Positions 63,298 through 64,000 of a stretch of 64,000 nt of DNA are shown here, in pieces; position 1 is the stretch's first letter; every line of letters starts with the position of its first letter. Under the pieces are notes generated by a model that saw nothing but the letters and a program-made list of their open reading frames with translations, searched no databases and had not been told where the DNA came from. Both the position numbers and the translations under genes were made by a program. This DNA comes from Gekko japonicus (taxonomy: Eukaryota), in contig NW_015161404.1 of NCBI RefSeq assembly GCF_001447785.1, positions 2,470,187 to 2,534,186 of the forward strand, read 5' to 3'.

Positions 63298-64000
63298 CTT
63301 GTTTATTCAAGTCAGGATTATACTTAACAGGATAAAAAACCCATGTTTTTTAACAATCCGTTATGATCCCAAGTATATTGGTAAGTAAGGCCATACTAGA
63401 ATGCCATGGCCTCTATTTTGCCAACCTGTTTGTAGCCTGTAAATACAACCTGACTTTTGGTGTTTTCTTTTCTTTCTTTTTTTAAGAAGGGTGTGAGGGG
63501 CTGCTTCCACTGGTAAGCACTTTCTTTTACATTTAATCTCTTTTTTTAAGAACAGTGCAAAATGACTGAGTGACAGAACCTTCTCTGTGTTTCACCTTCA
63601 GATTTCATTCAACAGCCAGAACTCACTGGCTATATGCCTTTAACAGCAGGCTGAACCAGAGAGCACAGTGTTGCCTGCTCTCAGTCTTTGCTGGTCTCAT
63701 GACAAAGCCATTTCGTTAATGAGATTCAGCTATTAAATGATAACTGAAGGCAAAACAACGTGAGGAAAGTTCATCCTGCCATCATCCTGCCATGCTACAA
63801 GGTGGGGGGGAAGCAAATATGGGAACCTAGCACGAGATGTTTGGCAAAGATTATGAAATAGCTGAACAGGGAGGATATTTTTGTGAAACCTTTCATACCC
63901 TCCATACCTCCCCCTCCAAGACTGTTTTGTACGGAAAAGGTTTGACTTGGAAATTTTTGGCAGAGTCCTACTTGTAAGTAAGTGCTATTGAAATTAATAT

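Overview
This is vertebrate genomic DNA from a squamate reptile, most likely a gecko (many Squam3 SINEs, one Sauria SINE, CR1/L2/BovB/Penelope/DIRS repeats). The whole window lies inside GLIS3 on the minus strand. Five internal coding exons were reconstructed by hand: 54369-54530, 52624-52734, 25526-25667, 17439-17607 and 803-987. All have GT-AG boundaries and consistent phases, and together they encode zinc fingers 3-5 and part of the C-terminal region. The rest is intron with a dense transposon record. Highlights: (i) a young, CpG-rich, ORF-less 785-bp L1-type retroelement with an 18-bp TSD; (ii) a ~10-kb nest in which a decayed DIRS1-type tyrosine-recombinase retrotransposon hosts a solo LTR, two L1 3' ends and a young CR1, and abuts an Ngaro-type YR element; (iii) Penelope-derived minimal hammerhead ribozyme motifs; (iv) hAT MITEs inserted repeatedly into another hAT MITE family and carrying octamer/KLF motif arrays; (v) Helitron-like and Harbinger-like GC-rich elements. 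There are three N gaps. Family names come from motif recognition, not database searches, and most repeat boundaries are approximate.
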